This document shows, in pieces, positions 50,162 to 62,610 of a DNA stretch of 64,000 nt. Where the stretch lies: NCBI GenBank assembly GCA_030141605.1, contig JAQGDQ010000593.1:1-64000 (forward strand). Direction: 5' to 3'. Numbering within the stretch: the first letter of the stretch is position 1; the number at the start of each line of letters is the position of its first letter. The notes under the pieces were generated by a model, which worked only from the letters and a program-made list of their open reading frames with translations, made no database searches and was not told the DNA's origin. The position numbers and the translations under genes are program-made. Origin of the DNA: Tubiluchus corallicola (taxonomy: Eukaryota > Animalia > Priapulida).

Positions 50162-50546
50162 ATTTCAAACACTAAACGCTTTAAATAGTATTAACTATGT
50201 TACTCTTGCTACATAGATTTCAAACACTAAGAGTTTTAAATAGTATTAACTATATTACTCTTGCTACATAGATTTCAAGCACTAAGAGTTTTAAATAGTA
50301 TTAACTATGTTACTCTTGCTACATAGATTTCAAGCACTAAGAGTTTTAAATAGTATTAACTATGTTACTCTTGCTACATAGATTTCAAGCACTAAGAGTT
50401 TTAAATAGTATTAACTATATTACTCTTGCTACATAGATTTCAAACACTAAGAGTTTTAAAGAGTATTAACTATGTTACTCTTGCTACATAGATTTCAAGC
50501 ACTAAGAGTTTTAAATAGTATTAACTATATTACTCTTGCTACATAG
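50162..50546. repeat. 55-bp minisatellite x7
   Basis: atttcaa(a/g)cactaagagttttaaatagtattaactat(g/a)ttactcttgctacatag units. Confidence 0.96.
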
Positions 50547-51987
50547 TAATGTTCATGCAACATTTTTTGTGGTCACCATTGTTCTGCATCTGTCTAGCGT
50601 TTCGCTCCCACTAGGGACTAGGGGAGAACATCTATCACTTGTAAAACTGTCTGTTCCAAACATGGATGTTACACCTTCAATAAATTGTATTTAAACCAAA
50701 TTAACCGCTTGTAACGGTACTATAAAAACTCATTTTTCTTATGTGTTTTCTTCTATACATAACTAGTCGGGTTCATTATAAATACCTCATAATTTTTGAT
50801 ACTTGATCTTATAATCTATTGATTTGATAAAATGATCTGTTATCACAAAAACATGATAGGCAGGAAACTCCTTTAATTAGTCTGAAAAGCAAAGCATTGG
50901 ATAACTTGTATAGTGAATTTGTTTCACTGATACGTCATTTAGAACACCAGTTACGGTTGTCATGAAATGCAGTTTTTCCTAAAAATTAAAGAAGTAATTC
51001 CATTATGACGTCACGATATTAGAAATTGATAAAAACTGATTACATGAACAACAGGGACAAGAACATCAACAGCATCGTGGCGAAACAGATCTCTTTGTAG
51101 AGTTACGACGGTTTATTTCACTAAACTGTAATTTTGTAAGGTGCCAATTGCCTTCAATTCAGTTTTATTTACTAATTTTTTAAAGTGGAATAAAAGAAGT
51201 TAAGAAATTTTGTTTCATTTAAAAATACCACATGTAGGCACTTTGTACTTGCATAGTTTAATTGCAATAGAACATTTTTTTAAATATTTATGCACAAAAG
51301 CTATAAGATAGTACAATGACATTGAAGAGTAACTCTCAATTGCACAAGATAATATGATAGAAAAAAATATAAAGATCAATAAAAAATGTGCTATATTTCA
51401 ATTAAAACACAAATGGAAATTCCAATTTGAAAATTTGGTATATGAATATGTATATATATATATATATATATGAAAATGTAGGTAAATACTACACTTTTAA
51501 ACTCTACTACTACTACTACTTTTAAACTACTAAATACTACTTTTAAATTCTTTTTAACTCGTATACAATAACTATGTGATTTATAAAACTATAAGTATAA
51601 TAAAATCCGGCTACATATTTAAACTGGTAGGTCTTATTCAAACATGGCTACGTGTTTACTGCAATCCCGGACTTGGTTCAATTTCATTTTTTTTCTTGTA
51701 TAATTTATTGACTGACACTGATCTGTCAGATTAATGGTACCATTTAGTAGTTAAGTGAGTTCTCAAACAACACGAGAATTAATTATTCGTCTGTAACAAA
51801 GAAAGCCGCCTTTTTGTGGCCTCTTTAATTAGATTGAGGTAAATTGGTGGTGTGTAGGAGTTCCGAGCTTTTTTCTTGTTGTTTATTAGCACCTAAATGG
51901 GCGTAACCACATTTCGAGGTAAAGTTATGCTGTCCTGACACCGTTGCTAATCAAGCAGAAATAAAATATACAAACATGTTTGAATGT

Positions 51988-52303
51988 AGTTTTATTTCAG
52001 TTATTTTCAGTTTGATTTTTTTTATTATGCACTTATTATCACTGTGTATGAATTGTATTAACACGTTATAAGCATATCAATTTAATGTCATTCGTAACAA
52101 TTAAATCTTTATTATAAGCAGTACTAACACTAATACACTGTAGCATAGCGCCTATAAAAATGTTCATCACTAACCAAAGGGCAGCTGACTAGATGACCAA
52201 TTGGTCTTTCGCTGCCCTTTCTTCACATTTTTGTTTCCAAATTAATTGTATTATAACTGTGCGTGTGTTACATGATAAATGAAAAGATTATTATTATTAT
52301 TAT
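51988..52303 (+). mobile_element. CR1/L2-type LINE or SINE 3' end with (ATT)n tail
   Basis: agggcagctGACTAGATGACCaattGGTCtttcgctgccct stem-loop and gattattattattatta tail. Confidence 0.8.
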
Positions 52304-52306
52304 CTA

Positions 52307-53418
52307 CAGGGTGTCTATAAAGTCTCTTTACAGTTTTAAAACTTTATTACAAAGGCAGTTGACAAGATTTGTTCTAAGGTAATCAAGTGGTTGTCAAAGT
52401 TTTTTTAACTCATTTAATACACCTGTATATGGGCACCATTAGTTGCACGAAGCACATAAAGACGGTACTTGATTTCTTCCATGTTCGCTGTAGCATAGCC
52501 TCATCAATGGTGGCGATGGCATCAGAAATCCCTTGCTTCAAGTCACTAATGTCCCGTATCTTTGTTCGATACACGATGTCTTTCACATAACCCCATGGCT
52601 CTCTTCCATACTTAGTTCTGTAGTTTCGTCATAGCCTCATCAATGGTGGCGATGGCATCAGAAATCCCTTGCTTCAAGTCAGTAATGTCCCGTATCTTTG
52701 TTCGATACACGATGTCTTTCACATAACCCCATGGATCTCTTCCATACTTAGTTCTGTAGTTTCGTCATAGCCTCATCAATGGTGGCGATGGCATCAGAAA
52801 TCCTTTGCTTCAAGTCAGTAATGTCCCGTATCTTTGTTCGATACACGATGTCTTTCACATAACCCCATGGATCTCTTCCATACTTAGTTCTGTAGTTTCG
52901 TCATAGCCTCATCAATGGTGGCGATGGCATCAGAAATCCTTTGCTTCAAGTCAGTAATGTCCCGTATCTTTGTTCGATACACGATGTCTTTCACATAACC
53001 CCATGGATCTCTTCCATACTTAGCTCTGTAGTATCGTCATAGCCTCATCAATGGTGGCAATGGCATCAGAAATCCTTTGCTTCAAGTCAGTAATGTCCCG
53101 TATCTTTGTTCGATACACGATGTCTTTCACATAACCCCATGGATCTCTTCCATACTTAGCTCTGTAGTTTCGCACATAGGATTTTGTCTCAATAAACCAT
53201 GATACACACTGTGCCTTCTCTTGAGGGGTACCCATTTTTTGGGGTTTCAGTTAACAAGGTCCTTCTAACAACAGGAGACCTACATGAAACGCAAAATTTC
53301 AATGTGAACTCAAACTTAGATAAACACTGAATAAAACAAAACAAATCTGTTAAGATATCTTGTCAACTGCCTTTGTAAAAAGTTTTTAAAATTGTAAAGA
53401 GACTTTATAGACACCCTG
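52307..53418 (-). mobile_element. Internally deleted Tc1/mariner (maT/DD37D-like) element with a 136-bp x5 internal array
   Basis: TA|CAGGGTGTCTATAAAGTCTCTTTACA long TIRs. Transposase N-terminus MGTPQEKAQCVSWFIETKS..RNYRAKYGRDP is fused to C-terminus WGYVKDIVYRTKIRDITDLKQRISDAIATIDEAMLQRTW. Confidence 0.92.
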
Positions 53419-53523
53419 TATATAAGAATCGTTAGCAGGAAGTTTCTTTGTTAAGAGTTAGGGACCTTAAGCGCAGCTGAAACTGTGAGGGGGGGAGTAA
53501 AGGGTGGCGAGTAGCGAAGATTC

Positions 53524-53703
53524 AGAAAAAAAGTCACAATTTCGGCTACGAATTTTTTGTGACTTTTTTCCTGTGAGTTTTTCCGTGACTTTTTTCCCGT
53601 GACTTTTTTCCTGTGACTTTTTTGCCAGTGACTTTATTACCGTGACTTTTTGCCTGTGACTTTATTACCGTGACTTTTGCCTGTGACTTTGTCACCGGTC
53701 ATC
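53524..53703. repeat. (GTGACTTTTTTCC)n-type array with an inverted aaaaagtcac copy; MITE subterminal repeats
   Basis: About 11 degenerate 13-14-bp units. Confidence 0.75.
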
Positions 53704-54334
53704 ACTGGTAAAACAGAACAACAAAAAATTGTTGTAGCCTAAATTTGGTTATAAAAGGTTGAGTACTTTACGTTATGAAAACAAATTCTTGACGTTGGAA
53801 GAGTAATTAATATATAGCCCGGAAGGCCCAATTAACCTCACTTCCGGTGTCCTAAGCAAGCCTTATTCTCGCTGCATAATATAATTTAAATAGATAGGTA
53901 TGCCAAAAATGATCTCCGTGCTTGTTAACAAATTGTTGAACAAACCAGTCGGGCGAGTATTGCTGCTTAAACCTATCATGTTTTAAGCTGTTTTAGGAGA
54001 CTTTTATCCATGATTTGAGTGTAACAGTTAGCGCTCGTCTCTTTAGCGGCGCCTTTGAAGTGGCAAATTGAGTCACTTGAACTGTTAGAGGACAGAGGAG
54101 CCGCCAAATTGAAATTACACGGCACCAGTTGAAATTGGAGGATCGGAATTTATAAGTGAGGTTCTCTCGTTTCGGCCTCTATAACTTTTCCTTTATGTTT
54201 CCTACATGTATGTAGGGCGAGAAGACTTATGCCACTTGGGATTATTCCCGGTTTACTATATTAGCATTTTTAAATTATTCATTGACTGTTTTCTTAGTTT
54301 AGAACGTCTAAGGCTGCATGTTTGCACGTTGTTC

Positions 54335-54651
54335 AATAAGTCTTTTCACAGCTCCAGCGATTGATGGTGATCGTGCAAAGGTCAAAGGTTAAGTGTACCA
54401 GACAACAGCTAGCTAGAACCTTACCTAGTTCATTTTTCTTGTTCCCAAGCAAGATCCTGCTAGTAAATCACTCTGTGCACAGATTAACGCAAACTAAAGT
54501 TCGCGTAAAATTACTGAACTGGTGCCGCAGACGGGTTTGTTTTACCCACACGTCACGTGGCGGTTGTAGTTAAGATGCGTTGCTGCGGTACACATAACTT
54601 TTGAACCGCAGTAACTGCGCATGCGCACAACGAAACGGTGAAAGGTATATT
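54335..54651. mobile_element. MITE family A, inverted and internally deleted copy
   Basis: aataagtcttttcacagctccagcgattg... is the reverse complement of the 11246 copy's right end. Confidence 0.85.
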
Positions 54652-55459
54652 TAGTTAGTTAGCGTAGCGCTAAATTTCGATTTGGCTTCAGATCGGGACA
54701 TTGGTTTTCAGATTAAGAAGCTGCAAGATCGTCTACAACAAATGAGATGTAAATATAATTAGCATTGTTTTGCCAATAACATATCGTATTAGAGCCACCA
54801 TCTGAAGAAGCATTTGTGAGGTTTCCGCAGAAAATTCCGTAGAGAAGCAGCTGTGGAAAAAGCTCGCTTGTTGTATCAATTAGTGTGCAGTCCAGTGCTG
54901 TACTTTGCAACGTTTTCAACCTAATTCTCTAAACCGTTCATCTTTTCCTTTATGAAACCATAAGTAATTTGAATCAAGCCTTTTTCATTTAGATTTATTA
55001 AAGCGATGCTGCGCAAATTAATATCCTCCATATTTGGAAGTTATGCGGCGTATGAAATAATTTGATAAACTCTCTTACGAATGTGATTATAATGTGTGCT
55101 TTGTTTGAGTTCATGGTACAATAAATTTTCTTTAATATCCCGGCTTTGCGAAAAGTGTACATTAAAATTACATACAGAGAGACAGCAGGGGCTATCATTT
55201 ATACTCTGACGAGTCAGCGAGATTCACGGCTTCTTGAGATTAATATGAGAAAGTGGCGTTTCAATAAGTTCGTATGGAAAAGTTTATGCTAGTTTATGAA
55301 GAGAGGTTAAGCAGCTTAGCGCCTCTTCCTGAATTAGTGTAAGTAGAAAATTCATTCAGATAAACTTTATTTCACAAGACTGTGTAGCGCGTAGTTTTTT
55401 ACTGTTCAGCAAAGTTTATGTGACACTTTGAAGTTTAAATGTTTGGGCACAGAAACTTA

Positions 55460-56337
55460 GGCCCTTTTCACATGAGGACGTGCAGCAAAGAGAATTCCTT
55501 GCGAAAATGAAACATGGTTTCTCTGGCGCTCATTTCACAGTGATGACGCGCGGCAAAATTCCTCATCCTGTTCCTCATGAGGAATTCTACCGACAGCTAG
55601 AAGCTATGCGTCCTCCTCGTGAGGAATTTTGCCATATGATAGAAATATTGCATGCTCCATTTCCGCGAGGAATCCTCGCAGAATTTATTCTTAAATTTAA
55701 CTACTCAAGTATTTCTTATTAAACCAACAACAATTAACACATTTTAGCATAAAATTCTAAGATCTAATCTCTCTTTTAACAGACTAATGATTTTATGTTT
55801 TATTAAAACAACATCAATGGGCTATATTCGTGAAAAAGTAAAAAACGCACGTACATATTTATTTTATACATGTATATTTTCAGTTTTTGAGGTGGTTAGC
55901 AGAACTTTTACTAAAAAAACAAACAGGTCTGACGTTACATTGACTAACAATATTAATTGTACTTTGTATATGAGGCATACGGCAAGTATTACTTAATTTA
56001 GACATGGTTAGTAACTAAGTAAGTAAGTATCTTTATTTATCACCTTTTTTACAAGAAAAACACAGAGCATGAAACGATAATATGATACAAAGTGACAAGA
56101 TTATTAAATGATGTTCAAGTGATTGGTGAAAGGGTGGCGAAAAATTAAAAGTTACCCAAGTCAACCACCCTGAACAGTATAAAACTCGCAAAGTAGCTGT
56201 GACTAACTGGACGCGCTGTTTCACTATGAAATAAACTTTCTTGCTGCATGGATTTCGAGAAAAATCGGAAAATTTCTGATTTTCCGTCAACAATTCCGCG
56301 CGTAATTTTTCCATGTGTCTTCAGTGTGAAATGGGCC
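55460..56337. mobile_element. PIF/Harbinger-type MITE
   Basis: TTA|GGCCCTTTTCACA ... TGTGAAATGGGCC|TTA, a 3-bp TTA TSD. Confidence 0.85.
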
Positions 56338-57179
56338 TTAGAACCCAAGTTTATCCAAGTATCAAAGCTTTATCTAAGGCCTGATAGAGGACGTTTCTCA
56401 TGCTTCAAGTCTGAGGCCAAGTCATTAAAACAACTCCTAGGCTACCGACACTTGTTTGAGGTGAACTATTGTCTAAATACTTTGCTTATTCTAATTGGAT
56501 TATTGAGGGTCAATTTGGCACAAGGCAAACTGCTTAACCAGCTACTGTTTCCTGATCAGTTATCTGATTTGAGTCATGTCCTACCTTGTACAACAGATAA
56601 GTGTGAACAACACGGAATCAATCCGCTGATCAGTTACGCGGCGTATCCATCCGCGCTGATCGAAATAGGGCGCCTGGTGTTCAACGAATGGCTGCGTTAA
56701 TAACCCTTGCCGAGTATTAGAAGACTGCGTCTTCGAGGATGTATTTTTATGACAAATTTACTGGAACACTGAGATGTGCTGTGCGTCCAGTGTGTCCGGA
56801 ATTCGGAACAGATCCTGACATGGCCGGCGACGCGACAGTGGAGTGCAACAGTGAAGATGCCTCATACATTTTCATTTCCAATTATCTGTCGATTCTTTGT
56901 GCTCACAGACCACGGAATTCCATTCATTGCTACCAATTGACGGCAGCAGATCAAAGAGCGCGCCGACAAGACGTAATATGAGATCATGGCAAGGATTTTA
57001 ATCAACAGCTTCCGAGGCATCAGCTGGACAGTTTCACCTGTATGGGCTGCCGAATCGTGGGCTAGTTTTCAAAAACGTGTGCGTCCTAAATTAATTTCAT
57101 TCACCGTTCACTTGTTTGTCGTAGATTGGTCTGCTGAGTGCTGACTAGGTCATTGGTTGTTATTTCTTTGCACAATTGA

Positions 57180-57477
57180 TAGACTGATTGAATGGTTACT
57201 TGGTTGGTTAGTTGCTTTTTTTGTTTGGCTGGTCGTTTGGTCAGTCGGTTGGTTAGATGGGTGGGTGGTTAGTTAGTTGAGTGTTGGTTGGCTGCTCGTT
57301 TGGTCGGTCGGTTGGTTAGGTGGGTGGTTGTTCAGTTAGTTGAGTATTGGTTGGTTGGGTGCGTGGTTAGTTGGTTGATTGTTGATTGGCTGGTCGTTTG
57401 GTGGGTGGGTGTTTAGTTAGTTGAGTATTGGTTGACTAGTGGTTTGGTTAGTTGGTTGGTTGTTTGGTTGGCTGGCT
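57180..57477. repeat. Degenerate (GGTT)n repeat
   Basis: Seen directly. Confidence 0.88.
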
Positions 57478-58025
57478 GCCTAGAATTAGAACAGACAAAG
57501 TTACTAGAATCAATTCAAAAACGTATTTTGAAGTCAATTTTCCCCTGCACACCTTACGTAAATACTTTACAGCTATCAAAAATTGTATATTTATCTGAAC
57601 GTAGAAATGACATTTGCATTTAAAAAAAATTCAAATCATTCCAAAATCAAGACATTAGACTCCTTTACTTATTACCTATGCACAACCCTCATAAGTGCAA
57701 TCTTGGTAAACAACTGATGTATCCTTTGCCCCTTGGATGTACTAAACGTTTTAAAAGTAGTTTTGTACTATATGCCCGTTTTAATTATTCATTAAGTTCA
57801 TTATTACTGTATACACGAGATATTATAATAATCGATTTTAATACGATTACTCTTAATATAAATTATTTGGTTTTAAATGTAGTTTAAACTTCAGTCTATT
57901 TTAATTAATATTATATAAAGTCGTTTTAATGTAATTTAATTGTAATTTTAAACCTCAGCGTATCTTGATTAATGTAACGTAATTTAACTTTCAGGTTACA
58001 AGAGTTTTAATAAACTTTAATTTAA
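57478..58025 (+). mobile_element. LINE (CR1/L2/Rex-group) ORF2 C-terminal remnant and 3' UTR
   Basis: LESIQKRILKSIFPCTPY...LSERRNDIC*...LLP...CTKRFKSSF resembles LE.VQKRA.RII..RR..C..RT.RFKNSF. AATAAA near 58009. Confidence 0.7.
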
Positions 58026-58644
58026 AATATAACACTGGCCTTAATGTTATGTTTAGGAACTAATGCTGTTTCGTGGGATCATAGGTTCGCCAGTCCTCTC
58101 ACCATTCAGTGTTTCTTATCATTACAATTAAGACATGAATTAATTATACCAGCATCACGTCGAGCTGACAACACAGCGTGTAATATTTGCACTCGTGCTC
58201 TCTTACAAGGTGTAATATGTTTGCGTACAATACATCATTGGCAACCGGCTCGAATAATATAGCCAGCTAGCGGTGATTGAGTTTTTCATTAAAAGCCAAA
58301 AATCAGATTAAAGCTCGCAAAGTGTCGGTAATAAATTCCGGTAATGCGAAGTTTAACTCGTCTTTACGAGCCGGTCGACCGTCGTCTGTAAACTTCAACG
58401 TTGGCTAATTACGACGATGTACGAGTGTTTTCTAATGTAAGTAAACGTATCCACTTTATGCGATGCTGCGACAAAAACGTGTGCAAGGCAGGTGATAAAT
58501 ATATAATGTCCCGTGTTTCATCCAGATGCCAGCCATATTGCTTTTATATAAACGCATTGAACTTAGTAAGCAGAGATAAAATAATGATCAATCCGAAATA
58601 ATATTTAGGATATTTATTTATTAGTGTCAAAAATACATACAAGA

Positions 58645-59047
58645 CCTACATACAATTTTAATTATGAAATATACAAAAAAAACAAGACATATATACAATT
58701 TCAATTATGAAATATACAAAAAAACAACACATATATACAATTTCAATTATGAAATATACAAAAAAACAAGACATATACAATTTCAATTATGAAATATACA
58801 AAAAAACAAGACATATACAATTTCAATTATGAAATATACAAAAAAACAAGACATATACAATTTCAATTATGAAATATACAAAAAAACAAGACATATATAC
58901 AATTTCGATTATGAAATGTACAAAAAAACAAGACATATATACAATTTCAATTATGAAATATACAAAAAACAAGACATACGTACAATTTCAATTATGAAAT
59001 ATACAAAAAACAAACAAGACATACATACAATTTCAATTACGAAATAT
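58645..59047. repeat. ~39-42-bp minisatellite (TACAATTTCAATTATGAAATATACAAAAAAACAAGACATA)n
   Basis: About 10 units. Confidence 0.95.
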
Positions 59048-60616
59048 AATGACACTATAATTATACAAACAAAACAATTACTAATAAAAAAATTGTTAAA
59101 TCTTCCTGTTAGTTATATTAGTTGTTTAATGATTAGTATTTAAAGTAAATTGTCATTCATCAAGCAAAATTATAATCTATCAAAAAATATATCAAAACAA
59201 AAAGTTGAAAGTTAATTATAGTTCTAAAACGATCTCATTGTTAATGTTTTTAAGTTTCAATCTTTCAGATCAGTTTGCTCTAGTCTGTATGTAAAGGCCA
59301 AATAAGAGTGGTCCGAAAACTGCACCTTGCCTAACTGTTTTAAATATACACGTAATGGCGATTACATTTAATATTTACTTGATAGTATATCTATTTTCAA
59401 TAGCTATAATCTGTCATCACATTCTCGATTACTTTTCCATTGCAATCAGCCGTGTGCAATGAGAAGAAAAGTGTCCAAGAATCGTAATCATCATCATATG
59501 CCCGTCACGTCTATTGTAGACATTGGGCAGGCAGAATTCTAAAATAAAAGAAATCTGTCTTCAGACAAGTAAACGCAGCAGTAATCGAGCAAAAAAACTA
59601 GACACTGCTACGCCAGTGGCTTGTCAGCACCACTTCCGTTCATATAATCAGAATGCCCAAGAATCTTATTTATTTGAAATCTAGCAGTGTATGGACCATA
59701 TATTATTTGTTAGTCTACAAAAATAATTTTTTAGCATATTTTCTGTTCTGTTCTCTTAACAGAGGCCAAATTGTAAAATACTATTAAATATTACTATAAA
59801 ATACTATTAATTTTTTTAAAAATTTCTTTCTACAATTATTCACTTCAAAACAAGAATGATTTGAGTATTTTGCTACACCACTCAAGTTACAGAAACAAAA
59901 AGCTTGTTTCGCACGCGTATATTCGATCGTGTTCCTGTATCTGTTTACATCCTTGCTTCATGACGCACCGTCATTTTATGCGTGTCGTGGACTAGTATAT
60001 AATCTGCAAATTACTGCTTTAACGCCTGTCTTTAAATCGCTGGTCATAAATTCTTTGCAAAGTTGTAAAAGTTGAGGCATAAGAATTTAAACAGTGGATG
60101 AGTTTATATTGCGGGATAGGGTTACCAATTTACAGATACCAAGAGCGGGGATAATGAATCGTCCCGTTTATATTTTTCTTCCGCCACCTAGGCGGTTTAA
60201 AGGCACGCTGCTTATAATGCTTTCTCATTTTTGCCAATGTGTGGCACCACGTGTTTTCCATTCTAAGTGTTTACGATACCTGCATCGACATTTACTAAAC
60301 TAAAAAACTCTGATTGGTCAGCAAACAAGTAAATAATTGAAATAAATTAGAAAATTGACGTTGCTTAGTAGTGACGATATTTTTTATTTTTGTCTACTTG
60401 TTGTCTTTTTAAATTAATTGCTTTAATGCAAACAATATCCGTGCTTATTTGTTGTTGTTGATCGTGTCTAATATTGATTTTGCTTTTATTAAGTACTGCT
60501 GTTTTCTAATTGAGCCACTTTACGTAACTTCAATGTACACGTGTGTTCGAAAATAAGTGACGTTAATCGTAAAAGGCTTGCCAAAGATTGCTGATAGTTT
60601 CAAACGTGGTTTTTGT

Positions 60617-61114
60617 TGTTGTTGGCATCCTTCTATCTCTGAAGACAATGGAGTGTGCGCCAACAGAGTCAGTTATTGATCACATTGATGGAGCTGCAGC
60701 GTCGACTGTGGCTGACCAGTGTGATCCTTGAACGTTTCCAGGGCTAGGCAAGGTGTATGGAGATCCTGAGTTGCCCAGACAACAGGAACCCTCTCTCTTC
60801 CTCCCCGGTGTAGTCCAAAGGAAAGCGGAGCGATACGTTTGGCACCAGATTGGCTGCAGGAGCTGCCGGAGTCAGTGAGCATGCTGCACTGGTCCGCCTT
60901 CGGGGCTCCACTCCTGATTTGGAAGGTTTACTCCTCTCCACTCCGTTGGGTCACTTGACTTCCTCCGCCTTGTGCAGCTCCTCCGCCTAGTATCGAGATA
61001 CAGTGTGGGCATCCCGCAAGCTGGTATTGCTAGGCGGTCACCCATCCAAGCACTAACCAGGCTCTACGTTGCTTAACTTCGGTGATCAGGTGTTTTCAAC
61101 GTGATTTGGCCGTA
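60617..61114 (-). mobile_element. 5S rRNA-headed SINE, full copy
   Basis: Collinear with 12385-12917, with a (CAA)n tail and TSD gtttttgt at 60609-60616 and 61115-61122. Confidence 0.9.
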
Positions 61115-61859
61115 GTTTTTGTAATCCACGCAGAAATGCGTGAGCGCAAAAGTTTCTAACGCAATGCGCATTTCAATAGTTCGCGAATTTTACAAGATTC
61201 GCAGCGCCCACGAAGGCATATGATTATAATATGATTAGCTGATCATACAATATAGCAATTAACATCATTTGCCTGTTGTTTGGCGTCAGGCGAAATTTAT
61301 ATTAGGTCATTTAGTGAGAACTACATTGTAAAACCTGGCTTCAGGGAAGCCAACAAGTGGAGGACATTTTGTGTTTGTTTTTGTCTGCGCATCATATAGC
61401 TGCTTAGTAATTTCATAAAATAAATATATTACAAGGAATATACGCAGCACCTGTTCCGTACGCGCATTTCAAAAATTTATAGTGTTTTGAAAATGTCAAA
61501 TAAACAGTGTAAGAAGACCAGCATGCCAACTGCTTCGAAGAGTTCATGGAATTGATGTTAATGTTTAGCTATTCTCTTTTGTTAGAGACTTTTTAATCTT
61601 TAGTAGTTACCTGGGCGGAAAGCAAGACACTAAAACAGCAAAAAGACATTCGACATTATCTTTGTATTTCTATTTGCCATCTTAAGCCTAATGTGTAGAA
61701 GATTCACTAAGAATTTTGTTAAACCATTCGAGTTTCCTAGCTATTAATAGTTGACAACTGGTTTAATGTGGTGTTACTGTTCCACTCACAAATACGTATG
61801 TGCTTATTGCTTATGTATAAAAAAGAGGTCTCTTATTTACACATTGACGTGCTAGTATG

Positions 61860-62285
61860 CAGGGTGGATTACCCTATAGGCTTGTACAAACTGCGGTCTA
61901 GGGCCCGTCATTCTTGGGGTCCCATACTTTAGATAGCTGAATAATTCATATAACTTAAAATAGAATTTCAATTTCAAAAGGAGACGCCAGGAAGTCTGAA
62001 AAACCAGTTTTAAAATGGCTCCTCTTTTGGGATAAAGGATCTGCAATTGAAGCCTTTTATTTGAGACAAAAAGCCCTTACTTGACGAACTTTATTTGAAA
62101 GAAGGGCCCCACTTCGAAGCCCTTTGTGTGAAATGTTAGACCCTATAGCTGTGGAAATGTTGCTGAAATACATCACAAGTAAACAATATTCGAGATGGGT
62201 GCGAGCAAATTAGAGGGTGGATCTGTCTGAGGGGCCCCATATTTTCATTAACTTTAGAGCCCCAAAAGCTCATAATCCGGCCCTG
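61860..62285. mobile_element. hAT MITE (family of 35258-35589)
   Basis: CAGGGTGGATTA ... TAATCCGGCCCTG, degenerate TSD ctagtatg/ctaatgtg, shared gatgggtgcg..gagggtg..tctgtct block. Confidence 0.72.
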
Positions 62286-62610
62286 CTAATGTGGCTTTCA
62301 ATTAACTGCAGGTACATTTTCTATAAGTATTTACTGCTACTCCAATTGCAGATTAAATTCAGGTAAAACACTGATGTCGTATCTATTTTTAAATATTACT
62401 ATTGGCTTCCATGTTATTTATGTTGCATATTGCGTGTAAAATTATCAAGAATATGCCCTGAGGAACCTCCTGTTGTACCTTGTGCAACCTTTACACATAA
62501 TGCTGCTTCATCGTATGCACGATCTGTTTCATATTGTTTTTACTTGTGTAGCAGTCGCTGTAAATTATTGAAGCTTTTATATCGCGTTACTTGCGTATTA
62601 TGTGTAAAAA

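Noticed and set aside
56739-56981. Next RNF220 exon (PVCPEF looks like CPxC)
   Set aside because: No CPIC...H zinc-finger match and no convincing phase-1 acceptor.
59100-59470. LINE endonuclease remnant on the minus strand (IDI...FSDH)
   Set aside because: Too degraded. Only short motifs interrupted by stops.
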